Shown: positions 18,476-27,889, counted from the stretch's first letter. The stretch: 64,000 nucleotides of DNA from Candidatus Minusculum obligatum (GCA_002331145.1 DCYT01000001.1:287697-351696), one strand, 5' to 3'. Notes: generated from the sequence alone by a model not told the origin. Made by a program: numbers and translations.

Positions 18476-18545
18476 ACAGGGAGTGTACTGCATTGGCGCA
18501 AGAGTAGCAATAAATGCTAGAGTAAATACAGAAAGGAGCACAATC

Positions 18546-18995
18546 ATGAGCAGTGCACTTGAAGTACTTGAAGCCGCCAAAAAACGTGATGAATTTTGTT
18601 TTCATGGATCTCCCGAGAGCATCAGTGGATTCATTAGACCTCATCAAGCATACGGCGCTCAAGAACATGAGAGACATTTTGCTGTGTATGCGAGCACAGA
18701 CTATCGCCATGCACTATTTGCTGCAACAGCACGTCCATCATGCATAAGTGGATGTTCTGCATGGAATTGGAGCAATAATTTTTCGGAGATCATCATTGAT
18801 GGATATGGAGTATCTTTTCAATCTGGATATGTATATATCTTGAAAAGGAAGAATTTCAGTCCTTCTGGCAGTAGGTGTGGACGAGAATTTATTTGTCCTG
18901 AGGCTATTTTGCCAGAAAGAAAAATTCTTGTTCGTCTTGAAGATCTCAGGGCAGCAGAAGGTGTCGTCTTTAATGTAAATCCCCCACTATCTTAG
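18546..18995 (+). CDS. hypothetical protein (150 aa)
   Basis: AGGAG RBS then ATG 18546; divergent from adk; hairpin terminator overlaps its stop. Confidence 0.45.
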   Translation: MSSALEVLEAAKKRDEFCFHGSPESISGFIRPHQAYGAQEHERHFAVYASTDYRHALFAATARPSCISGCSAWNWSNNFSEIIIDGYGVSFQSGYVYILKRKNFSPSGSRCGREFICPEAILPERKILVRLEDLRAAEGVVFNVNPPLS

Positions 18996-19010
18996 CGGGG
19001 GATTCAACAT
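18980..19010. terminator. bidirectional hairpin terminator between the hypothetical (+) gene and secY (-)
   Basis: ATCCCCCACTAT-ct-TAGCGGGGGAT. Confidence 0.6.
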
Positions 19011-19026
19011 TATATGGAGAAAAGTT

Positions 19027-20298
19027 TTAATACTCGTTTAGAGAAACCTGTGCATCAATCTTTCGCACAACATCCATAATTACGGACACAGCAATAAGAA
19101 GTGCTGTTCCTCCAATCACAAGTGTAGAGATCCCTGTAAGTCCTTGTACGATAATCGGTACAATAGCGATAAGTCCAAGGAATACCGCTCCAGGAAGTGT
19201 AATCCTTGTAGCAACCTTTCCTAGGAACTCCTCAGTCTGCCCACCAGGACGTACTCCTGGGATAAATGCACCAGATTTTTGTAGGTTCTCTGCTACACGT
19301 ACTGGTTCAAAGATGATAGCTGTGTAGAAGTATGTAAATAGCACCACAAAGAAGAAGTAGAGTCCTCCGTAGATCCACTGATTAGCTAGTCCATTAACAA
19401 TAGACTCCATAATTCCAGCACCAGGACCTCCGAGTGCTAGTGTGATATTTGCTACCGTCTGTGGCACCAATAGAAGTGATAGTGCGAAGATAATAGGGAT
19501 AACTCCTGCCTGATTAATTCGAATAGGAAGGTATGTTTGTGACCCAACCTCAGCTGCTTTCCCTCGAAGCTGCTTTGCGTGTGTAATTGGCACTGGTCGC
19601 TCTGCTTCAGTTACAAGCACTACCGCAAAGGTCATTCCAATAGCAATAGCTGCAAGTCCTAGATATGCTGGAATCTGCTCTGGTGTAAATGAGAAGAGTG
19701 CCTGCGAGATTGCAGTTGGAAGAGAAGCCACAATACCTGCGAAGATAATAAGTGAGATACCGTTTCCAATACCATACTCAGTCATTAGCTCTCCAATCCA
19801 CATCAGGAAGATAGATCCTGCTGCAACCACCATAATGTTTGCAATAAGCAGAAGCGGTGTAAGTGCCTCAATAATTCCCTGTCCCTGTAGTAGGAAAATG
19901 AAAGCAATACCCTGAAGCACTGCAAATGGCACAGTAAGCATTCGGCTCCACTGCACAAACTTAGCTCGTCCTACCTCTCCCTCCTCAGTCTGCATAGCCT
20001 TCACCTGCGGGAATACCACAGTCATAAGCTGCATGATAATTGATGAAGTAATGTACGGCCCTACTCCGAGCAATACAATAGAAAGGTTTGAAAGTCCTCC
20101 TCCAGATAGAATATTTAGAAGTCCTAGGAACTCATTGTTTGCAAAAAAGTTCTCAAGAGCAAATACATTTACTCCAGGAATAGGAATAGTTGCAAGTACA
20201 CGGTACGCAAGAAGCGCTCCGATTATGAAAAGAATACGATTACGAAGCGAACCATCTTTTAGTGCTCGCGAAAGTTTTTTTCCGAATGTAGAAAACAT
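19027..20298 (-). CDS. secY: preprotein translocase subunit SecY
   Basis: 10-TM SecY architecture; start at ATG 20298 (MFSTFGKKL); position after rplO. Confidence 0.9.
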   Translation of the reverse strand: MFSTFGKKLSRALKDGSLRNRILFIIGALLAYRVLATIPIPGVNVFALENFFANNEFLGLLNILSGGGLSNLSIVLLGVGPYITSSIIMQLMTVVFPQVKAMQTEEGEVGRAKFVQWSRMLTVPFAVLQGIAFIFLLQGQGIIEALTPLLLIANIMVVAAGSIFLMWIGELMTEYGIGNGISLIIFAGIVASLPTAISQALFSFTPEQIPAYLGLAAIAIGMTFAVVLVTEAERPVPITHAKQLRGKAAEVGSQTYLPIRINQAGVIPIIFALSLLLVPQTVANITLALGGPGAGIMESIVNGLANQWIYGGLYFFFVVLFTYFYTAIIFEPVRVAENLQKSGAFIPGVRPGGQTEEFLGKVATRITLPGAVFLGLIAIVPIIVQGLTGISTLVIGGTALLIAVSVIMDVVRKIDAQVSLNEY

Positions 20299-20299
20299 A

Positions 20300-20728
20300 T
20301 TACTTAATGGTACCACCTGCTGCAGTAACCTTCTCCTTTGCACTCTCTGAGAATGTAACACCCTCAAATGTGAATGCCTTTGTAAGATCTCCGTTTCCAA
20401 GGATCTTCACTGCTGGAACCTTTCCTCGTACTCGTCGCACAAGACCGGCCTTTAGAAGAGCTGCTGCATTGATAGCTGCTCCCTTCTCAAACACCTCCTC
20501 AATCTGAGATACGTTTACGCTCTCATGCTTAATAGCAACACTATTGAACTTGTATCCTCGCTTCTTAGGAAGCTTCTTGATGAAATCTCGAATCTCAGGT
20601 CGCGGTGTTCCTCCGTGAGCTAGCTGTCCCTTTGTTCCTCGTCCTGATGTAGTTCCACGCTTACCACCACGTCCAACTCGCTTGGCGGCTTTATTAGGGT
20701 TATTTCGTTGTAGGTTGTGTAGCTGCAT
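20300..20728 (-). CDS. rplO: 50S ribosomal protein L15
   Basis: MQLHNLQRNNPNKAAKRVGRGGKRGTTSGRGTKGQ. Confidence 0.9.
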   Translation of the reverse strand: MQLHNLQRNNPNKAAKRVGRGGKRGTTSGRGTKGQLAHGGTPRPEIRDFIKKLPKKRGYKFNSVAIKHESVNVSQIEEVFEKGAAINAAALLKAGLVRRVRGKVPAVKILGNGDLTKAFTFEGVTFSESAKEKVTAAGGTIK

Positions 20729-20729
20729 A

Positions 20730-21302
20730 TTATGAAAGTTTCTTTAGAGCATTTACTGTTGCCCGTGCAATTGAGAGCTTACTCTTACTTCGTGTAAGGA
20801 TCTTAGCAACGATATCAGTTACCCCTGCAAACTCAAGTACTGTTCGCACTGCAGATCCTGCCACAAGTCCTCGTCCCTTAGATGGGATAAGTACTACCTC
20901 TGAAGAATCAGTTCGAGCCTGTACATCAAATGGAATGCTTCCAGTCTCTGTTCGATTTACCGTAATCATGTTCTTCTTGGCATTTCGGATAGCCTTCTCG
21001 ATAGCAAGTGCTGTATCTGTTGCTTTTCCAAGACCAACTCCAACTCGTCCCTTCTGGTCACCAATAACCATAGAAACTGAGAATGAGAATCGTCGTCCTC
21101 CTGATACCACTCGAACCACTCGACGGATCTCAATAATTCGCTGCTCGAACTCCTGTCGCTCTCGTGGAGCTTTTGGTCCTCGAGAATTTCGTCGTCCTCC
21201 TCCTCGCTTTACGCGTGAGTTAGCTGGTGCATCAGCTTTAGCCTCAGGCTTCTTTGGTGCCTCAGTTGTCTTCTTCTCTTCTGTTGTTGGTGCGTCAGTC
21301 AT
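20730..21302 (-). CDS. rpsE: 30S ribosomal protein S5 (with N-terminal Lys/Glu-rich extension)
   Basis: RVVRVVSGGRRFSFSVSMVIGDQKGRVGVGLGKA S5 core. Confidence 0.9.
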   Translation of the reverse strand: MTDAPTTEEKKTTEAPKKPEAKADAPANSRVKRGGGRRNSRGPKAPRERQEFEQRIIEIRRVVRVVSGGRRFSFSVSMVIGDQKGRVGVGLGKATDTALAIEKAIRNAKKNMITVNRTETGSIPFDVQARTDSSEVVLIPSKGRGLVAGSAVRTVLEFAGVTDIVAKILTRSKSKLSIARATVNALKKLS

Positions 21303-21306
21303 AATA

Positions 21307-21654
21307 TTAAATCTTTAGCCCTGCCTCTCGTGCAGCGTCAGCTAGTTTTGCAACTCGACCAATGTAATTAAATCCTCCTCGATCAAATACTGCAGTTGTA
21401 ACTTTCTTCTCTTTTCCTCGCTCAGCAACAGCCTTTCCTACTGCCTGCGCTTGTGCCATAAGAGAACCTCCGAACTCCTTTCCGTGAGCCTGCGCTAGAG
21501 TAACACCAGCCTTATCGTCGATAAGCTGTGCGCTGATGAACTTATTTGATCGAAAGACTGCAAGACGTGGTCGCTCTGCTGTTCCACGAACAATAGCTCG
21601 CACTCGATTGTGCCGCCTTACTCGTCCGTCTCTTTTTGAAATAGTATTACTCAT
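21307..21654 (-). CDS. rplR: 50S ribosomal protein L18
   Basis: Position and [18 protein letters not shown] motif. Confidence 0.9.
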   Translation of the reverse strand: MSNTISKRDGRVRRHNRVRAIVRGTAERPRLAVFRSNKFISAQLIDDKAGVTLAQAHGKEFGGSLMAQAQAVGKAVAERGKEKKVTTAVFDRGGFNYIGRVAKLADAAREAGLKI

Positions 21655-21659
21655 ATGCG

Positions 21660-22205
21660 TTATACAGCCTTCTTACCTTGCTTTCGACGAATAACTTCAT
21701 CCTCATAACGAAGTCCCTTACCTTTGTATGGCTCAGGCTTCTTCTTTGATCGAACCTCAGCTGCAAACTGTCCAACCTTCTCCTTATCTGCTCCTGAGAT
21801 AGTGATGGCATTCTTTACCACCTCTACAGTAAGTCCCTCAGGAACCTCCATCTCAACTGGGTGAGAGTATCCGACAGTAAGCTTAAGTGTCTTTCCTGCA
21901 AGCTCTACTCGATACCCTACTCCCTCAAGGATAAGGACCTTCTTGTAGTTCTCATTTACTCCATTCACCATGTTCCGTACATGGGATGCAAATGTTCCCC
22001 ATAGTGCACGAGCCAATCGACTGTTGTTCTTTGGAGCTACTGTTGCCTCTCCGCCCTCTACAGATACCTCAACAAGTGAGTGTACTGGCTTTTGTAGCTC
22101 TCCCTGAGGACCCTTAACAGAAAGCACTCCTGACTCTACCTTTACGTCAGTTCCTGCTGGGATTGCTACTGGTTTTTTTCCAAGACGACTCATAATACTT
22201 ACCAA
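21660..22205 (-). CDS. rplF: 50S ribosomal protein L6
   Basis: Two-domain L6; [18 protein letters not shown]-terminus. Confidence 0.9.
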   Translation of the reverse strand: MVSIMSRLGKKPVAIPAGTDVKVESGVLSVKGPQGELQKPVHSLVEVSVEGGEATVAPKNNSRLARALWGTFASHVRNMVNGVNENYKKVLILEGVGYRVELAGKTLKLTVGYSHPVEMEVPEGLTVEVVKNAITISGADKEKVGQFAAEVRSKKKPEPYKGKGLRYEDEVIRRKQGKKAV

Positions 22206-22591
22206 ATCTTAAATAGCATCTCTCCTCCTACACGATCTCGTCGTACTTCAGAATCAGAAAGGATTCCTTTAGGTGTTGAGATAATTAGTGATCCTGTTCC
22301 ATATTTCACAGGATGCGCGTCCTTTGCTCCAGTATATAGACGACGTCCAGGCTTACTTACTCGCTTTACATCAGTAATCTTTGGAGATCCGTCCTCATTG
22401 TATGCAATAGCAATCTTAAGTGCTGGCTTATCTTTTCCAACCTTCTCAACATCGCTAACGTAGCCCATATCCTTGAGCTTAGCTGCAACATCGTGCTTGT
22501 GGCGAGAATGTGGAAGTTCCACAAAATCCTTACCGATAAGCCCGGCGTTCTTAATCTGAACTATTAAATCTCCAATGGGGTCGTTTACCAT
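22199..22591 (-). CDS. rpsH: 30S ribosomal protein S8
   Basis: [17 protein letters not shown]; start at ATG 22591. Confidence 0.9.
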   Translation of the reverse strand: MVNDPIGDLIVQIKNAGLIGKDFVELPHSRHKHDVAAKLKDMGYVSDVEKVGKDKPALKIAIAYNEDGSPKITDVKRVSKPGRRLYTGAKDAHPVKYGTGSLIISTPKGILSDSEVRRDRVGGEMLFKIW

Positions 22592-22854
22592 GATGCCTTT
22601 TTTACGCCTGGAATCTTGCCTTCGCGAGCAAGCTCTCGAAATACAATTCGAGAAAGACCGAAGTCTCGCATGTAGCCGCGGGGACGTCCAGAAACAGCAC
22701 ACCGATTCTTAATTCGACTAGGTGAACTATTCTTTGGAAGAGCCTGAAGCCCTTCTGAATCACCTGCAGCCTTAAGAGCGGCACGCTTCTCTGCGTACTT
22801 AGCGACCAGTTTCATGCGCTTATCATTGCGCGCGATTTGTGACTTTTTCGCCAT
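22585..22854 (-). CDS. rpsN: 30S ribosomal protein S14 (long form)
   Basis: [28 protein letters not shown]; start ATG 22854. Confidence 0.85.
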   Translation of the reverse strand: MAKKSQIARNDKRMKLVAKYAEKRAALKAAGDSEGLQALPKNSSPSRIKNRCAVSGRPRGYMRDFGLSRIVFRELAREGKIPGVKKASW

Positions 22855-22888
22855 AAAATAAAAAGACACGCCAAAATTGCGTGGAGGC

Positions 22889-22918
22889 ATAGTATCAGGG
22901 TGCATTTGTAATGTCAAA
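22889..22918 (-). promoter_or_regulatory. sigma70-like promoter for rpsN (TTGACA-18-TACTAT)
   Basis: Minus strand reads GTTTGACATtacaaatgcaccctgaTACTAT about 30 nt upstream of the rpsN ATG; downstream of the terminators that end the rplE unit. Confidence 0.45.
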
Positions 22919-22988
22919 CCTTGTAGAGCCTTTTGTTAACGCGTATACTGTACTTCCAGAAGTACCTCTACAAACGAAAGGATTCGTT

Positions 22989-23312
22989 ATGAAAGCGCGA
23001 CCAATTGGAGAGATTGTCGCGCACAGCGACACTCTCAATCTTATACTTCGCATGGATGCACAAGACCCTAAAAAGGGCTATGCTATGCGACTTTCTGAAG
23101 ACCTTAACAAGCTTTCAGAAATACAGTTGATGGAATTGAGGGATTTTCTTCAGGGAAAACTGGATACACTTTGCAATGAAGCAGGGGAAAAGGTCCAGGG
23201 ATTACTTACCCAAAGAGCTGCTGAGACTGAGCAGTCTGAGCTGAATCTTGGAGATCCTGATAAAGACGATCTTGAAATTCCAGCATTTCTGCGAAGAAAT
23301 CATGGTTGCTAA
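22989..23312 (+). CDS. small protein (107 aa) ending in an FtsZ C-terminal-peptide-like motif DDLEIPAFLRR
   Basis: AAAGGA RBS 7 nt upstream of ATG 22989; C-terminal DDLEIPAFLRRNHGC resembles the FtsZ tail (E. coli DYLDIPAFLRKQAD); no FtsZ GTPase core; opposite strand inside the spc operon. Confidence 0.55.
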   Translation: MKARPIGEIVAHSDTLNLILRMDAQDPKKGYAMRLSEDLNKLSEIQLMELRDFLQGKLDTLCNEAGEKVQGLLTQRAAETEQSELNLGDPDKDDLEIPAFLRRNHGC

Positions 23313-23313
23313 A

Positions 23314-23348
23314 GGGCGGCAAGTATTACTTGCCGCCCTATTTTTATT
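23314..23348. terminator. hairpin terminator
   Basis: GGGCGGCAAGTA-tt-ACTTGCCGCCC followed by TATTTTTA. Confidence 0.65.
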
Positions 23349-23354
23349 CCATTT

Positions 23355-23390
23355 AAAAAGCCCCTTTCGGGGCCTTTTCTTTATTTCTCC
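23355..23390. terminator. second hairpin terminator (bidirectional; overlaps the rplE stop)
   Basis: AAAAAGCCCC-tttc-GGGGCCTTTTCTTTATTTC; A-run and T-run on both sides. Confidence 0.65.
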
Positions 23391-23932
23391 TCGTCTTTCT
23401 TAAATGGAACTCCTAGATGAGTTAGGAAGGCTTTGGCCTCTTCCTTTGTCTTTGCTGTTGTTACAACAGTAATAGCAAATCCAAATACGTCCTTGAGGTC
23501 CTCATCTGCAGTCTCAGGGAAGATAGTATGCTCCTTGATTCCGATAGTTAGGTTCCCCATCTCATCAATAGCAGTTGTTTTGATCCCTCGGAAGTCTCGA
23601 GTTCGAGGAAGTGCTACGTGAATCAACTTATCGAGGAAGTTATACATCTGCTCCCCTCGAAGTGTTGTCTGATATCCAATGATATCTCCCTCTCGAAGCT
23701 TAAATGAAGCAATAGACTTCTTTGCAGGACGCGGTGCTGACTTCTGTCCTGTAATACGAGCCATTCGATCCTCGATAACCTTGATCTTGTTCTTATCTTT
23801 GATCTTTCCTGTTCCAGTAGAGAGAACAACCTTCTCAATCTTTGGAGCAGCCATTACATTCTTGTACCCGAAGTCTCCCTTTAGGGTCTCAAATGTCTTT
23901 TGTACTTTGTCTTGTGAAATAGTCATAGGCAA
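23381..23932 (-). CDS. rplE: 50S ribosomal protein L5
   Basis: Typical L5 sequence and position. Confidence 0.9.
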   Translation of the reverse strand: MPMTISQDKVQKTFETLKGDFGYKNVMAAPKIEKVVLSTGTGKIKDKNKIKVIEDRMARITGQKSAPRPAKKSIASFKLREGDIIGYQTTLRGEQMYNFLDKLIHVALPRTRDFRGIKTTAIDEMGNLTIGIKEHTIFPETADEDLKDVFGFAITVVTTAKTKEEAKAFLTHLGVPFKKDEEK

Positions 23933-23934
23933 TA

Positions 23935-24240
23935 TTATGAAAGCTCAGTTCCACTCTTTTTAGTTACTCGAATACGCTTCCCGTCCTTTCGAATGATTCC
24001 AACTCGTGTTGGCTTATTATCCTTAGGATCCATAAGCATTACGTTTGAAATGTGCACAGGTCGCGTTACGTCCTTAAATCCTCCCTTCTCTGTCTTTGTT
24101 CGCTTCACAACCTTCTTAAGAACGTTCACGCCCTCAACAAGAACCTTATCTTCATTGGGAAGAGCCTCCAGAACCTTTCCGGTCTTTCCTTTGTCTTTTC
24201 CTGCAATTACTTGCACTGTGTCGTTTTTCTTGATTTTCAT
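23935..24240 (-). CDS. rplX: 50S ribosomal protein L24
   Basis: MKIKKNDTVQVIAGKDKGKTGKVL KOW motif. Confidence 0.9.
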   Translation of the reverse strand: MKIKKNDTVQVIAGKDKGKTGKVLEALPNEDKVLVEGVNVLKKVVKRTKTEKGGFKDVTRPVHISNVMLMDPKDNKPTRVGIIRKDGKRIRVTKKSGTELS

Positions 24241-24245
24241 ACGCG

Positions 24246-24617
24246 TTATACAACTTCAGGTGCTGAAGAAACAATCTTCTGATACCCAAGCTCTCCTAGC
24301 TCTCGTGGTACTGGACCAAAGATTCGGTTTGCTTTTGGCTCTGGCTTCTCCTTATCGATAATAACTACAGCGTTCTCATCAAATCGGATGTAACTTCCGT
24401 CCTTTCGACGGAAAGGAGCACTCTGCCGCACTACCACAGCGTGATGTACCTCCTTCTTCTTTACAGCCTTTCGAGGCTCTGCAGTCTGTACTGAAATAAC
24501 AACCTTATCTCCAATACGAGCGTATCGCCTTTTTGATCCTCCGAGCACTTTAAATACGCGAGCAATCTTTGCTCCTGAGTTATCAGCTACTTTAACGATT
24601 GATTGTGGTTGAAGCAT
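24246..24617 (-). CDS. rplN: 50S ribosomal protein L14
   Basis: [17 protein letters not shown]. Confidence 0.9.
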   Translation of the reverse strand: MLQPQSIVKVADNSGAKIARVFKVLGGSKRRYARIGDKVVISVQTAEPRKAVKKKEVHHAVVVRQSAPFRRKDGSYIRFDENAVVIIDKEKPEPKANRIFGPVPRELGELGYQKIVSSAPEVV

Positions 24618-24621
24618 GGTA

Positions 24622-24882
24622 CTAGTCGTTAGTTACGAGAATGAATCGCTTATTCTTTGAAATAGGCTTGCTCTCCTTAATTGAAACAATATCTCCCACT
24701 TCTGCAGTGTTTCCTGGATTGTGTACAAGGAACTTCTTTGTTCGCTTCTGGAACTTCTTGTACTTAGGGTGTGCTACGTATCGAGTTACAGCAACAGTAA
24801 TAGTGTCCTGTGCAGCACTTTTAACAACCGTACCCTTTAGTACTTTTCCTCCCTGCTTTTCTTGTGAGTTTTTTGTTTCCAT
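24622..24882 (-). CDS. rpsQ: 30S ribosomal protein S17
   Basis: Position and OB-fold S17 sequence. Confidence 0.9.
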   Translation of the reverse strand: METKNSQEKQGGKVLKGTVVKSAAQDTITVAVTRYVAHPKYKKFQKRTKKFLVHNPGNTAEVGDIVSIKESKPISKNKRFILVTND

Positions 24883-24883
24883 A

Positions 24884-25060
24884 CTACTTAGTTCGGCTAT
24901 TAAGCTCTGTTAGCATTCGCGCAACTTCCTTTCGAAGATTCTTGTGAGCTTTTGGATCTCGCTTCTCAGCAACTCCAAAACGAACTTTTCGAAGCTCCTC
25001 TCGCTTCTCGCGAAGAGTCTTGTTCAGGTCCTTATCACTTTTTTTACTAAAATCAGTCAT
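24884..25060 (-). CDS. rpmC: 50S ribosomal protein L29
   Basis: MTDFSKKSDKDLNKTLREKREELRKVRF; start ATG 25060. Confidence 0.8.
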   Translation of the reverse strand: MTDFSKKSDKDLNKTLREKREELRKVRFGVAEKRDPKAHKNLRKEVARMLTELNSRTK

Positions 25061-25064
25061 ACGC

Positions 25065-25490
25065 TTATGCTTCTCGCTTGGCAAATCGAGCCTTAAATGG
25101 AAGCTTTGCAGCTGCCTTTCTAAATGCCTCTCGAGCCATCTCCTCAGGCACTCCATCTAGCTCGAAGATTACTCGACCTGGGCGCACCTCAAAGATAAAT
25201 CGCTGAGGATCTCCCTTTCCCTTTCCCATACCTACCTCAGCAGCTTTCTGTGTCTGAGGCTTGTCTGGAAATACTCGGATCCAACTCTTTCCAATCTTTC
25301 CTGTAGATCGACTAATTACCTTTCGGGCAGCTTCGATCTGGTTTGAAGAAAGTCGTCCTGGGCTTGTAGCCTTAAGACCATATGCTCCAAAGGCAATAGT
25401 TGTTCCTCGTGTATCAGGACGCATCATTTTCTCAGGACTTACTCGCCCTGTCTGCCACTTTCGGTGTTTTACTTTCTTTGGGAACAACAT
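25065..25490 (-). CDS. rplP: 50S ribosomal protein L16
   Basis: MLFPKKVKHRKWQTGR; start ATG 25490. Confidence 0.9.
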   Translation of the reverse strand: MLFPKKVKHRKWQTGRVSPEKMMRPDTRGTTIAFGAYGLKATSPGRLSSNQIEAARKVISRSTGKIGKSWIRVFPDKPQTQKAAEVGMGKGKGDPQRFIFEVRPGRVIFELDGVPEEMAREAFRKAAAKLPFKARFAKREA

Positions 25491-25494
25491 AAGC

Positions 25495-26163
25495 TTATTT
25501 CTTAGTATCTTCGAAGATATCTCCTCGATAGATCCATACCTTAATTCCAATCACACCGTATGGAAGGTTTGCTCGCTCGTATGCAAAATCAATGTCAGCA
25601 CGGAATGTCTGAAGAGGAATTCGACCTTTCTTTAGCTCCTCCTTTCGAGCCATCTCAGCTCCACCGAGCCTCCCGCTCATTACGATTCGCACTCCCTTTA
25701 CGTCTCGGTTAGCCATCACCTTCTCTACTGTCTGCTTCATAACCCGACGGAAAGGAAGTCGCTTCTCAAGCCCCTCTGCAATCATGTACCCCACAACAGC
25801 AGCATTACTCTCAGGGCTCTTAACTTCTACAACATCAAACTTAATCTCAGGCATTGTCTCAGGCTTTGCAGATCGCACTACCTTCTCAAGCTTCTTCTTT
25901 AGCTTTGTTACGTTCTCTCCTGAGCGTCCGATAATAAGACCAGGACGAGATGTACTTACGATTACTCGTAGCTCCTTCTCTCCTCGCTCAATCTCAATAT
26001 CAGCCACGTACATTCCACGTAGTTCCTTCTCAAGGAATGACCTTACTGCAGCGTCAACACGCACGTTCTCACGATATTTGTCCTTTCCACCTGCAAACCA
26101 CCGGCTCTTCCAGCCACGAATGATTCCAAGTCTTTGTGCGTATGGGTGTACTACGTGTGTCAT
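25495..26163 (-). CDS. rpsC: 30S ribosomal protein S3
   Basis: KH domain and S3 C-terminal domain; MTHVVHPYAQRLGIIRGWKSRWFA. Confidence 0.9.
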   Translation of the reverse strand: MTHVVHPYAQRLGIIRGWKSRWFAGGKDKYRENVRVDAAVRSFLEKELRGMYVADIEIERGEKELRVIVSTSRPGLIIGRSGENVTKLKKKLEKVVRSAKPETMPEIKFDVVEVKSPESNAAVVGYMIAEGLEKRLPFRRVMKQTVEKVMANRDVKGVRIVMSGRLGGAEMARKEELKKGRIPLQTFRADIDFAYERANLPYGVIGIKVWIYRGDIFEDTKK

Positions 26164-26164
26164 A

Positions 26165-26479
26165 TTACTTTTTCTTTAGAGTTACATTAATGTGACTCTT
26201 CTCCTTTCTTAGTGGTGTGGCACGTCCACGAGCGCGTGGAAGCCATCGCTTTAGCGTCATTCCCTTATCTACAGTGATGTTCTCAATCCAAAGCTCTTCT
26301 GGCTTTGCTCCTGAGTTAGCTGCAGCAGACGCAATAAGCTTCTTTACTTCTGTAGCTCCCTTCTTCTTCACAAAAGGAAGTAGTGCGAGCGCTTTGCTTA
26401 CACTCTTTCCTTTTACAAGGTCAGTTACCAAACGAGTTTTTCGTGGTGCCTGATTGTGATTTTTAAGGGTTGCTTTCAT
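26165..26479 (-). CDS. rplV: 50S ribosomal protein L22
   Basis: Position and sequence. Confidence 0.9.
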   Translation of the reverse strand: MKATLKNHNQAPRKTRLVTDLVKGKSVSKALALLPFVKKKGATEVKKLIASAAANSGAKPEELWIENITVDKGMTLKRWLPRARGRATPLRKEKSHINVTLKKK

Positions 26480-26488
26480 ATATCAAAT

Positions 26489-26818
26489 TTAGGCAGCTGC
26501 CTTTGCAGCCTTTGCAGCTACAATCTCAGCCTCCTTTCTCTTCTGCTCGAGCTCCTTGGCCATCTTTCCTCCGTGCGTTACGAACTTCTTCGTTGGAGAG
26601 AACTCACCAAGCCTATGACCTACCATATCGTCAGTTACAAGAACCTCAATATGCTCCTTTCCGTTGTACACACCGAAGGTGAACCCAACCATCTCTGGAG
26701 CAATCTGTGAAGCACGTGCCCACGTCTTAATAACCCCAGTATCTTCTGGTTTCTTTCCATCAACCTTCTTTAGAAGTTTTGCGTCGATGTATGGTCCCTT
26801 CTTAATTGATCGTGCCAT
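26489..26818 (-). CDS. rpsS: 30S ribosomal protein S19 (Ala/Lys-rich C-terminal tail)
   Basis: [19 protein letters not shown]; start ATG 26818. Confidence 0.9.
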   Translation of the reverse strand: MARSIKKGPYIDAKLLKKVDGKKPEDTGVIKTWARASQIAPEMVGFTFGVYNGKEHIEVLVTDDMVGHRLGEFSPTKKFVTHGGKMAKELEQKRKEAEIVAAKAAKAAA

Positions 26819-26847
26819 AAAATAAAAGCTCGAACACGAGCGTGGGG

Positions 26848-26878
26848 CTATGCTACTTGATTTATTTACTAATGTCAA
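26848..26878 (-). promoter_or_regulatory. candidate promoter for rpsS (GTTTGACAT -35 context with TAGCAT -10-like hexamer)
   Basis: Minus strand GTTTGACATtagtaaataaatcaagTAGCAT; same extended -35 word as upstream of rpsN and of the 30607..30969 gene. Confidence 0.35.
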
Positions 26879-26960
26879 ACCTTTATGAAGCCATTTTCTT
26901 GCTTTTAGGGCACATATTGAGATATGGTGCTTTCAGATTGAAAATTGATGGAGAAAAAGG

Positions 26961-27344
26961 ATGTCAGTTGAGATAATTCCTACCCCCTACGCCTTCAGAA
27001 ACAGAATTTTGGCGGGCATAGAGTGGATCAATGAACGAGCGCCAGATGGTTGGAAATACAATCTTTTTGGCAATATTAATGGAGAACATATCTTTAAAAT
27101 GTCTCTGTTAAGCGCCACAGAGAGTGTTTTGCCACTTGCCTTTAAAGGACAGCGGCTTACCACACACATGTCACACTGTGGCATTGCAAGTTATTTTGAA
27201 CTTAGCTTAGAAGAACTTATATCTTTTGGCTTTCATGCAGGACATATGCAATATGTCGAACTTATTGAAAAAGCTTGGGAAGAAGTTCTCCGAGAAAAAA
27301 TAGAAGAAGATGAGTTCTTTACCGAAGATGGATCTCTTCGGTAA
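26961..27344 (+). CDS. hypothetical protein, paralog A of a tandem pair
   Basis: GGAGAAAAAGG RBS then ATG; shares W-x(5-7)-W-KYN-LFGN, VLxLAF, SYF..LS, GF and AWEE-type blocks with the next gene. Confidence 0.5.
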   Translation: MSVEIIPTPYAFRNRILAGIEWINERAPDGWKYNLFGNINGEHIFKMSLLSATESVLPLAFKGQRLTTHMSHCGIASYFELSLEELISFGFHAGHMQYVELIEKAWEEVLREKIEEDEFFTEDGSLR

Positions 27345-27431
27345 CCTATAGAGAGCCTTGTGCTCTCTATTTGCTTTTATGATCCTAAAACTATATCTTC
27401 TTCATTAGAAGCAATCAAAGGGAGACGCGTG

Positions 27432-27887
27432 ATGGACAGCATAGGAAAGCCTCGCCTTATAGACACAAGTAATATTCCAAAAATAATTACAAAGCGTGTC
27501 TTAGAAGGCACGCACTGGCTTGATAAGCATGCGTCGAAACATTGGCGTCGAAACATGTTTAATGTTTGTGAGTACGCAACCTTTCGTGCGAAAGATAGCT
27601 ATGACAGCCAATGTGTTCTTGCACTTGCATTTGAGCACGAAGAAAAGTTTGCGGGAAAGCATGGATACACATCCTTCTATAAGGTCAGAGATCATTTTAA
27701 TCTCTCTGAAAGATGTGTTGCCCTGGGCTTCGCAAAAGACCCTGGGGCAAAAGATCCAGCGAAGTATTCTGATTTGCTCAACAGAGCTTGGGAGTGGAGG
27801 ATTCGTATTTCGGGATCCCAACCTCACGTGAGGCATTTCCAGCCAACAAGAAGAGAAGATGCAACTTTGGTTGCGCTTCTAAAATAA
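27432..27887 (+). CDS. hypothetical protein, paralog B of a tandem pair
   Basis: AGGGAG RBS then ATG 27432; recognisably homologous to 26961..27344 by eye (HWLDKH..HWRRNMFN, VLALAFEHEE, LNRAWEW). Confidence 0.5.
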   Translation: MDSIGKPRLIDTSNIPKIITKRVLEGTHWLDKHASKHWRRNMFNVCEYATFRAKDSYDSQCVLALAFEHEEKFAGKHGYTSFYKVRDHFNLSERCVALGFAKDPGAKDPAKYSDLLNRAWEWRIRISGSQPHVRHFQPTRREDATLVALLK

Positions 27888-27889
27888 AG

